From: an uncultured Steroidobacteraceae bacterium
Lineage (GTDB): Bacteria > Pseudomonadota > Gammaproteobacteria > Steroidobacterales > Steroidobacteraceae
Length of the DNA: 43,698 nucleotides
Reading direction: 5' to 3'
NCBI GenBank assembly: GCA_964657955.1
Contig: CAZZWZ010000001.1
Location: forward strand, 1 to 43,698
The notes beneath the pieces were generated by a model. That model ran no database searches, had not been told where the DNA came from, and was given only the letters and a program-made list of their open reading frames with translations. Shown piece after piece: positions 34,935 to 43,250 of this stretch. How positions within the stretch are numbered: position 1 is the stretch's first letter; the number at the start of each line of letters is the position of its first letter. The translations under genes and the position numbers were made by a program.

Positions 34935-36326
34935 TCCGGCCGGTCCCTGGCGCAGCGCCACCACCTGACCGACGATGAGCAGCGCGGGCGCGTTCGGGCG
35001 CTCCGCGTCCGCCGCGGCCCCGATCGTTCCGAGCGTCGCGGCGATCACGCGTTGTCCGGGCAGCGTGCCCTGCGCCACGATGGCCACGGGCAGCTCGGGC
35101 GGGGCGCCGTGCCGTTGCAACCGCTCGACGATGTGCTGCAGGCGCGCGAGCCCCATGTAGAACACGGCCGTGGTTCCGGGTGCGGCGAGCGCCCGCCAAT
35201 CGGGCTCCCGACCCTCGCGATCCGCATGTCCGGTGACGAAGGTGACGCTGTGGGCGTGATCGCGGTGGGTGAGCGGAATGCCGGTGCAGGCGGCGATGCC
35301 CAGCGCCGCGGTGATTCCGGGAATGACGGAACAAGCAATCCCGGCCTGTTCCAGCGTCTCGAGCTCCTCGCCGCCGCGCCCGAAAATGAACGGGTCGCCC
35401 CCCTTCAACCGCACCACGCGTTTGCCCTGTCGGGCGTGCGTCAGCAGCAGCGCGTTGATGTCGGGTTGCGAGGCGCTGACCCCGCCGCAGGCCTTGCCCA
35501 CGCTGATCAGTGCCGCATCCCGTCGCGCGAAATCGAGAATGGCCGGCGACACCAGCCGGTCGTACAAGATCACGTCGGCATCCTGCAGCGCACGCAACGC
35601 CTTCAGCGTCAGCAATTCCGGATCGCCGGGTCCGGCGCCGACCAGCGCGACTTCTCCCACCGCGCGCACGGCGGTTGCCGCGTCCGCGAGCAGCTGCCGG
35701 GCGATTTGCATGGCGCCCTGCGGGTCGCCGTCGATGAAGCGCTTGGCGGCCGCGCCGTCCACCACCGCCTCGAAAAATCGGCGCCGTGCCGGTGAGTCGC
35801 GCAGCCGGTCCTTGCTGGACTCGCGCAGGCCCCGGAGCCAGTGCGCCAGTGCGCCGAGCCGCTTCGGCAGCAGCGCTTCGAGCCGCTCGCGCAGGCGGCG
35901 GGCCAGCACGGGCGAGGTGCCCCCCGTCGAGATGGCCACCAGCACGGGATCGCGATCCACGATGGCCGGCACGATGAAGCGCGACGCGTCGGCGTCGTCG
36001 ACCACGTTCACCGGAATGCGCCGTGCATCGCTCAACCGGGCAATCCAATGATTGATGTCGCGCCGCGACGTGGCGACCACCACCAGTCTCGCGTCATCGA
36101 GATCGCCCGGAACGAATTCGCGCCGGTGGATCTGCAGCGACCCCTGTGCGGCGCGTTCCTGCAGCTCGGGAACCACGTCGGGGGCCACCACCGTGATGAC
36201 CGCGCCGCTGCGCTCGAGCAGGCACACCTTGCGCAGCGCCACCTCGCCGCCGCCCACCACCAGAACGGCCTGGCGCTCGAGATCGAAAAATACGGGGAAG
36301 TACTTCACGGCATCATCGTCGCACAA
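34875..36326 (-). CDS. cysG: Siroheme synthase (uroporphyrinogen-III methyltransferase / precorrin-2 dehydrogenase / ferrochelatase)
   Basis: YFPVFFDLERQAVLVVGGGEVALRK is the N-terminal dehydrogenase module. VALVGAGPGDPELLTLKA...VRLKGGDPFIFGRGGEE is the methyltransferase module. The start is TTG 36326 or GTG 36308. Confidence 0.9.
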   Translation of the reverse strand: MCDDDAVKYFPVFFDLERQAVLVVGGGEVALRKVCLLERSGAVITVVAPDVVPELQERAAQGSLQIHRREFVPGDLDDARLVVVATSRRDINHWIARLSDARRIPVNVVDDADASRFIVPAIVDRDPVLVAISTGGTSPVLARRLRERLEALLPKRLGALAHWLRGLRESSKDRLRDSPARRRFFEAVVDGAAAKRFIDGDPQGAMQIARQLLADAATAVRAVGEVALVGAGPGDPELLTLKALRALQDADVILYDRLVSPAILDFARRDAALISVGKACGGVSASQPDINALLLTHARQGKRVVRLKGGDPFIFGRGGEELETLEQAGIACSVIPGITAALGIAACTGIPLTHRDHAHSVTFVTGHADREGREPDWRALAAPGTTAVFYMGLARLQHIVERLQRHGAPPELPVAIVAQGTLPGQRVIAATLGTIGAAADAERPNAPALLIVGQVVALRQGPAGSARADRPGKTLLRDPAPVE

Positions 36327-36584
36327 GAGTCGCGGCCGCGCAGCGCGGGCTCAGCCGTGGGGCGCGGCCGGCCGACCGGCTGCGGCGGATGCCGGTCACC
36401 CGGGCCCCTCGACCGGCGATGGCGCGTGGGAACGAATTCCAGTCCCAAGCTGTTGGCGTAACACGCATTTTTGAGATCGCCGCCGGTGAGGAACGAACTT
36501 ACGCTTATGTCCACATGCGCTAACCTTATATCCTATGCGGATGCCCACCCCAGAATCCTTCCGACAGCGCGCCCGCGCCGTGCG

Positions 36585-37568
36585 ATGAAGTTCCAGCAAC
36601 TGCGCTACCTGGTGGCGGTGCACGACAACGGCCTGAACATCACGGCCGCGGCCAAGCAGCTCCACACCTCGCAACCGGGGGTGAGCCGCCAGCTCAAGAT
36701 GCTGGAGGAGGAACTGGGTTTCCAGTTGTTCGAGCGGGAGGGCCGTTCGCTCACCCGGACCACGGCGGCGGGCGAGGAGATCATTTCGCGCGCCGGCAGC
36801 ATCCTCCGGGAGATGCAGAACATCCGCCGCACGTCGGCGGAGTTGCGCAAGGCCGACGGGGGCACGCTGTCCATCGCCACCACGCATACCCAGGCGCGCT
36901 ACGTGCTGCCCGAGGTCATCCGCGCCTTTCGCAGCAAGTATCCCAAGGTGCGGCTGCACCTGCATCAGGGCACCTCCGAACAGATCGCCGAGATGGTGGC
37001 GAAGGATCGCGTGGACTTCGCCATCGCCACCGGATCCGAAGACCTGTTCCCCCATCTGGTTCGTTTGCCCGTGTATCGATGGCATCGCGCGGTGGTGGTT
37101 CCGAAGGGGCATCCGCTGGCGTCGGCCGGGCGTTTGACGCTCAAGAAGATCGCCGCCTATCCCATCGTGACCTACGTGTTCAGCATTTCCGGGCGTTCGT
37201 CACTGGCGGCGCTGTTCGAGACCGCGGGACTGTCCCTCGACGTGGCCTTGACGGCGCGCGATTCGGATGTGATCAAGACCTACGTGCGCATCGGGCTCGG
37301 CGTCGGCATCCTGGCCCGGCTGGCGGTGGATCCCGTCGCCGATGCGGATCTCGAGGTGCTCGACGCGGCGCATCTGTTCGCGGGGCATACGACCTGGATC
37401 GGTTTCAGGCGCAGCGCCCTGCTGCGAGCCTATATGTACGAGTTCATCGAATTACTTGCGCCGCATCTGCCGCGCAAGCTGGTCCGGGAGGCGGAGAAAA
37501 TGGAGACGCAGGAAGACGCCGAGCGCATGGTGGCGGGACTCAAAATCCCCGTGCGCGACGACCCCTGA
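36585..37568 (+). CDS. cysB: LysR family transcriptional regulator, CysB-like
   Basis: MKFQQLRYLVAVHDNGLNITAAAKQLHTSQPGVSRQLKMLEEELGFQLF and THTQARYVLP. It sits among cys genes. I chose ATG 36585. Confidence 0.85.
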   Translation: MKFQQLRYLVAVHDNGLNITAAAKQLHTSQPGVSRQLKMLEEELGFQLFEREGRSLTRTTAAGEEIISRAGSILREMQNIRRTSAELRKADGGTLSIATTHTQARYVLPEVIRAFRSKYPKVRLHLHQGTSEQIAEMVAKDRVDFAIATGSEDLFPHLVRLPVYRWHRAVVVPKGHPLASAGRLTLKKIAAYPIVTYVFSISGRSSLAALFETAGLSLDVALTARDSDVIKTYVRIGLGVGILARLAVDPVADADLEVLDAAHLFAGHTTWIGFRRSALLRAYMYEFIELLAPHLPRKLVREAEKMETQEDAERMVAGLKIPVRDDP

Positions 37569-37683
37569 CGCGAGATCCGCCGCCCGCAAGCGGCTGCAAG
37601 ATGGACGATGGCTGCGGCGCGAGGGCGGCCGCGAACCGGGTTGGTTATTGGTGGCCGCCTGCAACGGCAGCCGGGAGGTGAAC

Positions 37684-38157
37684 ATGGCGCGGAGGATTAA
37701 CATGCGAGTGAGGACCATTGTCCTGATCGTGGCCGGGCTGCTGGCCGCGTTGTTTCTGGTGCTCAATTGGAGCGTGTTCGCGGCGCCCGCGAGCTTCTAT
37801 TTCCTGGTGGGCTCGATCTCCCTCCCCATCGGCATCGTGATGCTGGCACTGATCGCGTTGGTGACCCTGGGCTATGCGATCTACCTCGGCATGTGGCAGA
37901 GCAAGCTGCTGATGGACTACCGGCGCCAGTCGAAGGAGCTGCAGTCGCAGCGCGCGCTGGCCGACGATGCCGAAGCCTCGCGTTTCACCTCGTTGAGCAC
38001 CCTGTTGCGCGAAGAGATGTCGAAGCAGGAGGCGCGGTTCGAAGCGGCGTTCGCCGCGTTGCGCACCGAGCTGCGCGAGACCGAGAATTCCATCGCCGCC
38101 ACGCTGGGTGAGATGGACGACCGCCAGCAACGGGGGATGAACATCACTCCGCGGTGA
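37684..38157 (+). CDS. Small membrane protein with a LapA-like N-terminal two-helix domain and a C-terminal coiled-coil-like tail
   Basis: There are two hydrophobic helices (IVLIVAGLLAALFLVL and ISLPIGIVMLALIALVTLGYAIYL), then a charged Q/E/R-rich tail. ATG 37684. Confidence 0.6.
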   Translation: MARRINMRVRTIVLIVAGLLAALFLVLNWSVFAAPASFYFLVGSISLPIGIVMLALIALVTLGYAIYLGMWQSKLLMDYRRQSKELQSQRALADDAEASRFTSLSTLLREEMSKQEARFEAAFAALRTELRETENSIAATLGEMDDRQQRGMNITPR

Positions 38158-38644
38158 CGTTCCTCGGCAGCTTATGGAGCAGCCCGGCATCGTTCGACGG
38201 CTGATACTCGGCCGAGAAGGTGCGGAATGCGGCATCCGCCGCCGCCAGTTCGTGCTCCGGCAATTCGAAGCTGTCGAAACCGCAGCGCGCCAGGAAGAAG
38301 AGCTGATCCCGGCGCACGTAGCCGGCGGCCCGCAATTCCCCCGTGAAGCCGTACCGTTCGCGCAGCAGCCGCGCCTGCGTGTAGCCCCGGCCGTCGCTCG
38401 GACCGGGGAAGTCGGCGGCGATCAGCGCGAAGCGCGGCACATCGGGCGCGAGCCGTTCGACCTTGTCGGCGGGCAGCAGCACGATTCCCAGGCGCCCGGG
38501 GCGCGCCGACCAGGCGTCGCGCTCCTCGATCCAGCGGGCGAGCGGAATGATGAGATCGCCGCCCGCGTCCGGCCCGGTGCCGGTTTCCGAATAGCGCCAG
38601 TCGTCCTCGACGACCTCGCCCTTACGCAGCAGCCGGCGCGGCAT
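38144..38644 (-). CDS. DUF934 domain protein (commonly found downstream of cysI)
   Basis: IPLARW...LPADKVERL...FALIAADFPGPSDGRGYTQARLLRERYGFTGELRA.G.V.RDQLFFLARCGFDSF. The start overlaps cysI by 23 nt. Confidence 0.85.
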   Translation of the reverse strand: MPRRLLRKGEVVEDDWRYSETGTGPDAGGDLIIPLARWIEERDAWSARPGRLGIVLLPADKVERLAPDVPRFALIAADFPGPSDGRGYTQARLLRERYGFTGELRAAGYVRRDQLFFLARCGFDSFELPEHELAAADAAFRTFSAEYQPSNDAGLLHKLPRNVTAE

Positions 38645-40274
38645 ACACCCTGTCCTTGAACGGCTTCACGCCGAGGCGGCGCACGGTGTCGAGGAATTTC
38701 TCCTCGTCCTGCCGATGCTCGACGTACACCGCCAGCAGACGGGCGATGGTCTCCGGCACATCGGCTTTTTTCACCGACGGGCCGATCACCGATCCGAGCG
38801 AGGCATCGGCGCCGGCCGCGCCGCCGATCGTGATCTGATACCAGGCCTCGCCGCCCTTGTCGACGCCGAGGATGCCGATGTGGCCGACGTGGTGATGGCC
38901 GCAGGCGTTCATGCAACCCGACATCTTCACGTCGAGTTCGCCGAGGTCGTACAGATAATCGTAGTCGTCGAACCGGTCGTTGATGAGCCGCGCCACGTCG
39001 ATGGAGCTGGCATTGGCCAGGCTGCAGAAATCGAGCCCCGGGCAGCAGATCATGTCGGTCAGGGTGCCGATGTTGGGGGTCGCGAGGCCCGCCCGTTCCA
39101 GCGTCTGCCAGAGCTCGAACACCTTCTCCTGCGCCACGTCGGCGAGCAGCAGATTCTGCGTGTGGGTGACGCGCACCTCGCCGAAGCTGTACCGGTCGGA
39201 CAGATCGGCGATGAGTTCCATCTGCGCATCGGTGGCATCGCCCGGCGCCACGTCCGGCTTCTTCAAGGACACGTACACGATCCGATAGCCGCTCACCTTG
39301 TGGTCGGCCGTGTTGTAGCGATACCAGGCACGAAACGCCGCGTCCCTGCCGGCCGTCGGATCGACGTTCGCCAGCCTCTCATAGGCGGGCGGCTCGAAGA
39401 AGCCGCGCATCCGGGCGACCTGGGCCTCGGTCACCAGCAGCCCCGTGTCCCGGATCAGCTCCCACTCGGCCTCCACCCGCCTGCGGAATTCGGCGATTCC
39501 CAGCGACTTCACCAGAATCTTGATGCGGGCCTTGGTGAGATTGTCGCGGCGTCCTTCGAGGTTGTAGACCCGCAGGATGGCCTCGAGATACGAGAGCAGG
39601 TGCCGGCGCGGCAGGAATTCCCGCACCACCTGCCCGATGATGGGCGTGCGGCCGAGACCGCCGCCCGCCAGGATCTCGAAGCCCACCTCGCCGGCGGCAT
39701 CGCGCACGATGTGCACCCCGACGTCGTGCACCAGCGAGGCAGCCCGGTCCTGCGGCGCCCCGGTCACGGCAATCTTGAATTTGCGCGGCAGATAGGTGAA
39801 CTCGGGATGGAAGGTGGACCACTGGCGGATGATCTCGCACCAAGGACGCGGATCTTCGATCTCGTCCGGCGTCACGCCGGCGAGATGATCCGAGGTGGTA
39901 TTGCGGATGCAGTTGCCGCTGGTCTGGATGGCATGCATCTCCACGGTGGCGAGGTCCGCCAGGATGTCCGGCACCGTTTCGAGCCGGGGCCAGTTGTACT
40001 GGATGTTCTGCCGCGTGGTGAAATGCCCGTAGCCGCGATCGTAGCGCCGCGCGATGGAGCCGAGCATGCGCAGCTGCGTCGAGGACAACAGCCCGTACGG
40101 TATGGCCACCCGCAGCATGGGCGCGTGGGTCTGGATGTACAGGCCGTTGCGCAGCCGCAGGTGCTTGAACTCTTCGTCGTTCAATTCGCCGGCGAGAAAG
40201 CGTCGTGTCTGATCGCGAAATTCCGCGACCCGCTCGGCGACCAGCACCGTGTCGGTGGCATCATAGCGGTACAT
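38622..40274 (-). CDS. cysI: Sulfite reductase hemoprotein-type (nitrite/sulfite reductase 4Fe-4S/siroheme domain)
   Basis: LRNGLYIQ, FTTRQNIQYNW, TSGNCIRN and CPGLDFCSLA...GCMNACGHHHVG (Fe-S/siroheme Cys cluster). Confidence 0.9.
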   Translation of the reverse strand: MYRYDATDTVLVAERVAEFRDQTRRFLAGELNDEEFKHLRLRNGLYIQTHAPMLRVAIPYGLLSSTQLRMLGSIARRYDRGYGHFTTRQNIQYNWPRLETVPDILADLATVEMHAIQTSGNCIRNTTSDHLAGVTPDEIEDPRPWCEIIRQWSTFHPEFTYLPRKFKIAVTGAPQDRAASLVHDVGVHIVRDAAGEVGFEILAGGGLGRTPIIGQVVREFLPRRHLLSYLEAILRVYNLEGRRDNLTKARIKILVKSLGIAEFRRRVEAEWELIRDTGLLVTEAQVARMRGFFEPPAYERLANVDPTAGRDAAFRAWYRYNTADHKVSGYRIVYVSLKKPDVAPGDATDAQMELIADLSDRYSFGEVRVTHTQNLLLADVAQEKVFELWQTLERAGLATPNIGTLTDMICCPGLDFCSLANASSIDVARLINDRFDDYDYLYDLGELDVKMSGCMNACGHHHVGHIGILGVDKGGEAWYQITIGGAAGADASLGSVIGPSVKKADVPETIARLLAVYVEHRQDEEKFLDTVRRLGVKPFKDRVYAAPAAA

Positions 40275-40426
40275 AGCCCGTCAGCTTAACGCCGGTTGCG
40301 CCATGGCGGCCAATATATCGCGGTTATGTCCATATAACGGCATCACGATCACGACGCACGCCGCGTCCACGCGGTGCCCGCGCCGCGCCGCGGCCAACCG
40401 TCGCGGCACCGCCACCCGGCGAAAGC

Positions 40427-41005
40427 GTGATTTGCTTGGCAGCGCACCGGTCGGCCCGGGAGCAGTATCTGCCGGCATTTCACAGGATTGCCGCAGTGCC
40501 AAAAGATCTCGAGGAAACGTTGGTCGTTCCGGACACCTACCGGGTTTCGCCGCAGCCCATGCTGATGGTGGCCGAGCTGCGAGGCGCCCTGGCGCTGTGT
40601 CTGCACGACGAGGGACGCGGCGTGGGCGGACTGCTGCACCTGCGTTTGCCGGGCCACGCCGGCCGGTCCAGCGACATCACCGACAGCCTCCTGAGCTCGG
40701 TGCTGGCGGAGCTCGATCGGTTCAAGCGCGCGGTGATCGGCGATACCCGGCGGATGGACGACATTCAGGCACGCATCCTGGCGCACGCGCCGCCGCCCAC
40801 GGAGTCCGGCGCCACGCTGGTGGACCTCATTCGCGCCGATCTGGGCGACACCAGGATCGCCTGCGGTGCGCAGACCGTGCGTCGCAGCGAGCCCATCCGG
40901 GTGTGTTTCGAACCTTGCGCCGGCCGTGTCTGGCTGTCGGGCCCCAGTGATGTTCGTGCGGTGTCCAAAGCCCGGCGCTCGGCGGTGCCAGGCGTCTCGC
41001 GCTGA
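40427..41005 (+). CDS. Hypothetical protein with weak CheD (chemoreceptor glutamine deamidase)-like similarity
   Basis: Third-codon positions are G/C-rich, as in the confidently assigned genes. AELRGALALCLHDEGRGVGGLLHLRLPG aligns by eye with the CheD segment LGLGSCVAVCMRDPVAKVGAMAHVMLP. The C-terminal RVCFEPCAGRVWL also resembles CheD. An alternative start is GTG 40496. Confidence 0.45.
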   Translation: MICLAAHRSAREQYLPAFHRIAAVPKDLEETLVVPDTYRVSPQPMLMVAELRGALALCLHDEGRGVGGLLHLRLPGHAGRSSDITDSLLSSVLAELDRFKRAVIGDTRRMDDIQARILAHAPPPTESGATLVDLIRADLGDTRIACGAQTVRRSEPIRVCFEPCAGRVWLSGPSDVRAVSKARRSAVPGVSR

Positions 41006-41077
41006 TAAGCTTGCGGGAATCAATCCCACCCGCCGCGGTCGAAGGGCCGGGCGTCGTGCGCGAGATTCGAGGTACTC

Positions 41078-41776
41078 ATGCGGGTTGCGATGGTTGTGGC
41101 GCTGGCACTGCTTGCCTCGTGCGCCGGTGAACGGTTGGCGTCGGCGCCGCCCCCCGGGGTCGATCTGTCGGGGCGGTGGCAACTCAACGTGGAGGAGAGC
41201 GACGATCCGTTGCACCTGATCCAGAGCCAGGTCGCCGATCCGTCGAAAGCCGCCAGGTCACAGGGTCAGGGCGGACGGGGTGGACGGGGCGGCCCCGGGG
41301 GTCCGGGCGGTCCCGGCGGCGGCTTCGGCGGTCCCTCGCTGCCGGCCGTGGGCGCGTTGAGCCAGGGACTGCGCTGGCCGGGTCGCGAGGTGGAGATCAA
41401 GCAGGTCGCCGGCGTGGTCGCCATGACCTCCGCGGGGGTCAACCAGGTGTACCAGCCCATGTCCGGGACCGCGAAGAATTCCCGCCCGCCGCCGGAGGAT
41501 GATCCGCACGCCGCCGGTCGCGGCGGACGTGATCGATCGGCACGCGGGCGCGATCGGGACGGGCCGCCCGCGGTGTGCGGCTGGGAGGGGCGAACCCTGG
41601 TGATTCAGGCGGGCGATCCCGATGACGATCATCCGCCGTTCGAGGAACGCTACAACCTCTCGGACGACGGTCAGCGTCTCATCGAAGTGGTGGGATTCAA
41701 GGGGGGCCGCTCGGAGGGGTTCACCGTGTCGCGGGTGTGGGACCGGCTGCCGGCGGAAGCCTCGTCGCACCCATGA
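41078..41776 (+). CDS. Lipoprotein of unknown function with a Gly/Arg/Pro-rich low-complexity segment
   Basis: Lipobox LLASC, the low-complexity run QGQGGRGGRGGPGGPGGPGGGFGGP, and later RGGRDRSARGRDRDG. Confidence 0.7.
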   Translation: MRVAMVVALALLASCAGERLASAPPPGVDLSGRWQLNVEESDDPLHLIQSQVADPSKAARSQGQGGRGGRGGPGGPGGPGGGFGGPSLPAVGALSQGLRWPGREVEIKQVAGVVAMTSAGVNQVYQPMSGTAKNSRPPPEDDPHAAGRGGRDRSARGRDRDGPPAVCGWEGRTLVIQAGDPDDDHPPFEERYNLSDDGQRLIEVVGFKGGRSEGFTVSRVWDRLPAEASSHP

Positions 41777-41806
41777 GTTCGTCGCAGCGGTAAACGCGTC
41801 GCGCCA

Positions 41807-41835
41807 ATAAAAAAGCCGGGCAGGGCCCGGCTTTC
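41807..41835. terminator. Rho-independent terminator, potentially bidirectional
   Basis: The A-run ataaaaaa precedes the stem GCCGGGC-agg-GCCCGGC (41815-41831), followed by TTT. It lies 31 nt after the lipoprotein stop. Confidence 0.7.
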
Positions 41836-42146
41836 AAATCCCCATGCCTCATCGTGGCGCTATAGTTGCGCATCGACGGTGATCGGTCTCTTCTACTTCC
41901 CTAAAATCCTATTGCGTCTGAGCAACACTCTAGCCTCGCGCAGGGCTTAACGCTAGCTTTATTGCACATAAAGGCAAAAATTCATGTCTTAAAAACGCCA
42001 CATTTGTGCGGTCGACGGAGAATGCCGCATCCGGCCGCCGGTCGGGCCGGAGTCGAGTATTCTCTCGCTCGGATTTCCCATCACGCTGGAGGCCATCCTT
42101 GGCTAAGCCATCACCGTCTTTCGTCGGTTCCCCATCCACCGTGCGC

Positions 42147-42761
42147 ATGCGCCGCGCCTATTTCGATTGTCGTTTCGGTCAGCTGCACGTGCGGACGGCT
42201 TTTCCGACCACGGGCGGCTTCGACGAGGGGACGACGCTGATCTGTCTGCATCCCGCAGAGACGACCGGGCGCATCTTCAGCAAGTTTCTGGCGGAGATCG
42301 CCGTCGATCGTTCGGTCTATGCGCCCGATCTGCCCGGATGCGGAGAATCGGACCCGGGGCCCCTCACGGCGACGGCGGCCGGACTGGCGGTGGCGGATCT
42401 CGTGGCCGATCTTCGACTGCGGCAGATCGACGTCCTCGGGTTTCGTTTTGGCGCGACGGCGGCCCTGGACCTGACGGCCGTCCAGCCGGCGCTGGTGCGG
42501 CGATTGGTGCTGGTGGCCGCGCCTCCTCTCGATGCGCAGCCCGGGCGGGGGCCCGTCCCCGAGCCCGCACCCAAAGTTCGCAGCGTCGCGCACGAAAGCC
42601 TCGTCCTGCGCGTCAAGGCCGGGGAGGGCGACGACTCGGGGTGGACGGCGGAGTCGCTCGCGCGTCCCACGTTCATCGAGTTGGACGACTATGCCGCCGA
42701 TTTGTTCGAGGCCGCACCCAAGACGCTGGCGAAACACATCGGCGATTTCCTGCGGGCCTGA
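42147..42761 (+). CDS. Alpha/beta-hydrolase-fold protein lacking the canonical nucleophile
   Basis: LICLHPAETTGRIF...APDLPGCGESD is the typical beta3/HG-like region and loop. The nucleophile elbow reads GFRFG instead of G-x-S-x-G. ATG 42147, with an alternative GTG at 42141. Confidence 0.65.
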   Translation: MRRAYFDCRFGQLHVRTAFPTTGGFDEGTTLICLHPAETTGRIFSKFLAEIAVDRSVYAPDLPGCGESDPGPLTATAAGLAVADLVADLRLRQIDVLGFRFGATAALDLTAVQPALVRRLVLVAAPPLDAQPGRGPVPEPAPKVRSVAHESLVLRVKAGEGDDSGWTAESLARPTFIELDDYAADLFEAAPKTLAKHIGDFLRA

Positions 42762-42772
42762 GACCCCCCGGT

Positions 42773-43243
42773 TCAGCTGGCCCGCAACACCGCGGGCTCG
42801 ACGCCGGCCGTCCAGCGCCGTCCGCTGGACGAGCGCCATTCCGGATTCGCCGCGCGATCGGCGAGCCAGCGGCAAAAATCATCGCCCTGGCCGGCCCAGA
42901 ACGGGTGATCGAACAACACCCCGGCATCGCTCGACTCGACGATGAGGCGCTTGCGCAGCCCGAGGCTCGCGATGTCCGGCGTGCAGCGAATACGCGGCGA
43001 TTGGTCCGAGAGGGGGAAGGGCTCCGACCCAACTTGAAGGTGCAGCCGGCCGTCGCGCCCGAACAGGCAGATGTTGGGCCGTGACGCGCGAATCAGCGCC
43101 ACCCCGTGCACCAGCGCCGGCGGCACGTCGCAGGCCGTCCACGTGCCGCCGGCGGCGTTCCATTCGAGAATCATGCTTTGGCGGCGGAAATCGATGACGG
43201 TGATCGACCGGTGAAATGGCGGCATGCCGGGAGCATGAGGCAT
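42773..43243 (-). CDS. Hypothetical protein, immediately downstream of dsbD
   Basis: 156 aa with G/C-rich third-codon positions and a balanced composition that includes W, F, D and I. It starts 7 nt after the dsbD stop. I did not recognise a family. Confidence 0.5.
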   Translation of the reverse strand: MPHAPGMPPFHRSITVIDFRRQSMILEWNAAGGTWTACDVPPALVHGVALIRASRPNICLFGRDGRLHLQVGSEPFPLSDQSPRIRCTPDIASLGLRKRLIVESSDAGVLFDHPFWAGQGDDFCRWLADRAANPEWRSSSGRRWTAGVEPAVLRAS

Positions 43244-43250
43244 TGAGTGG

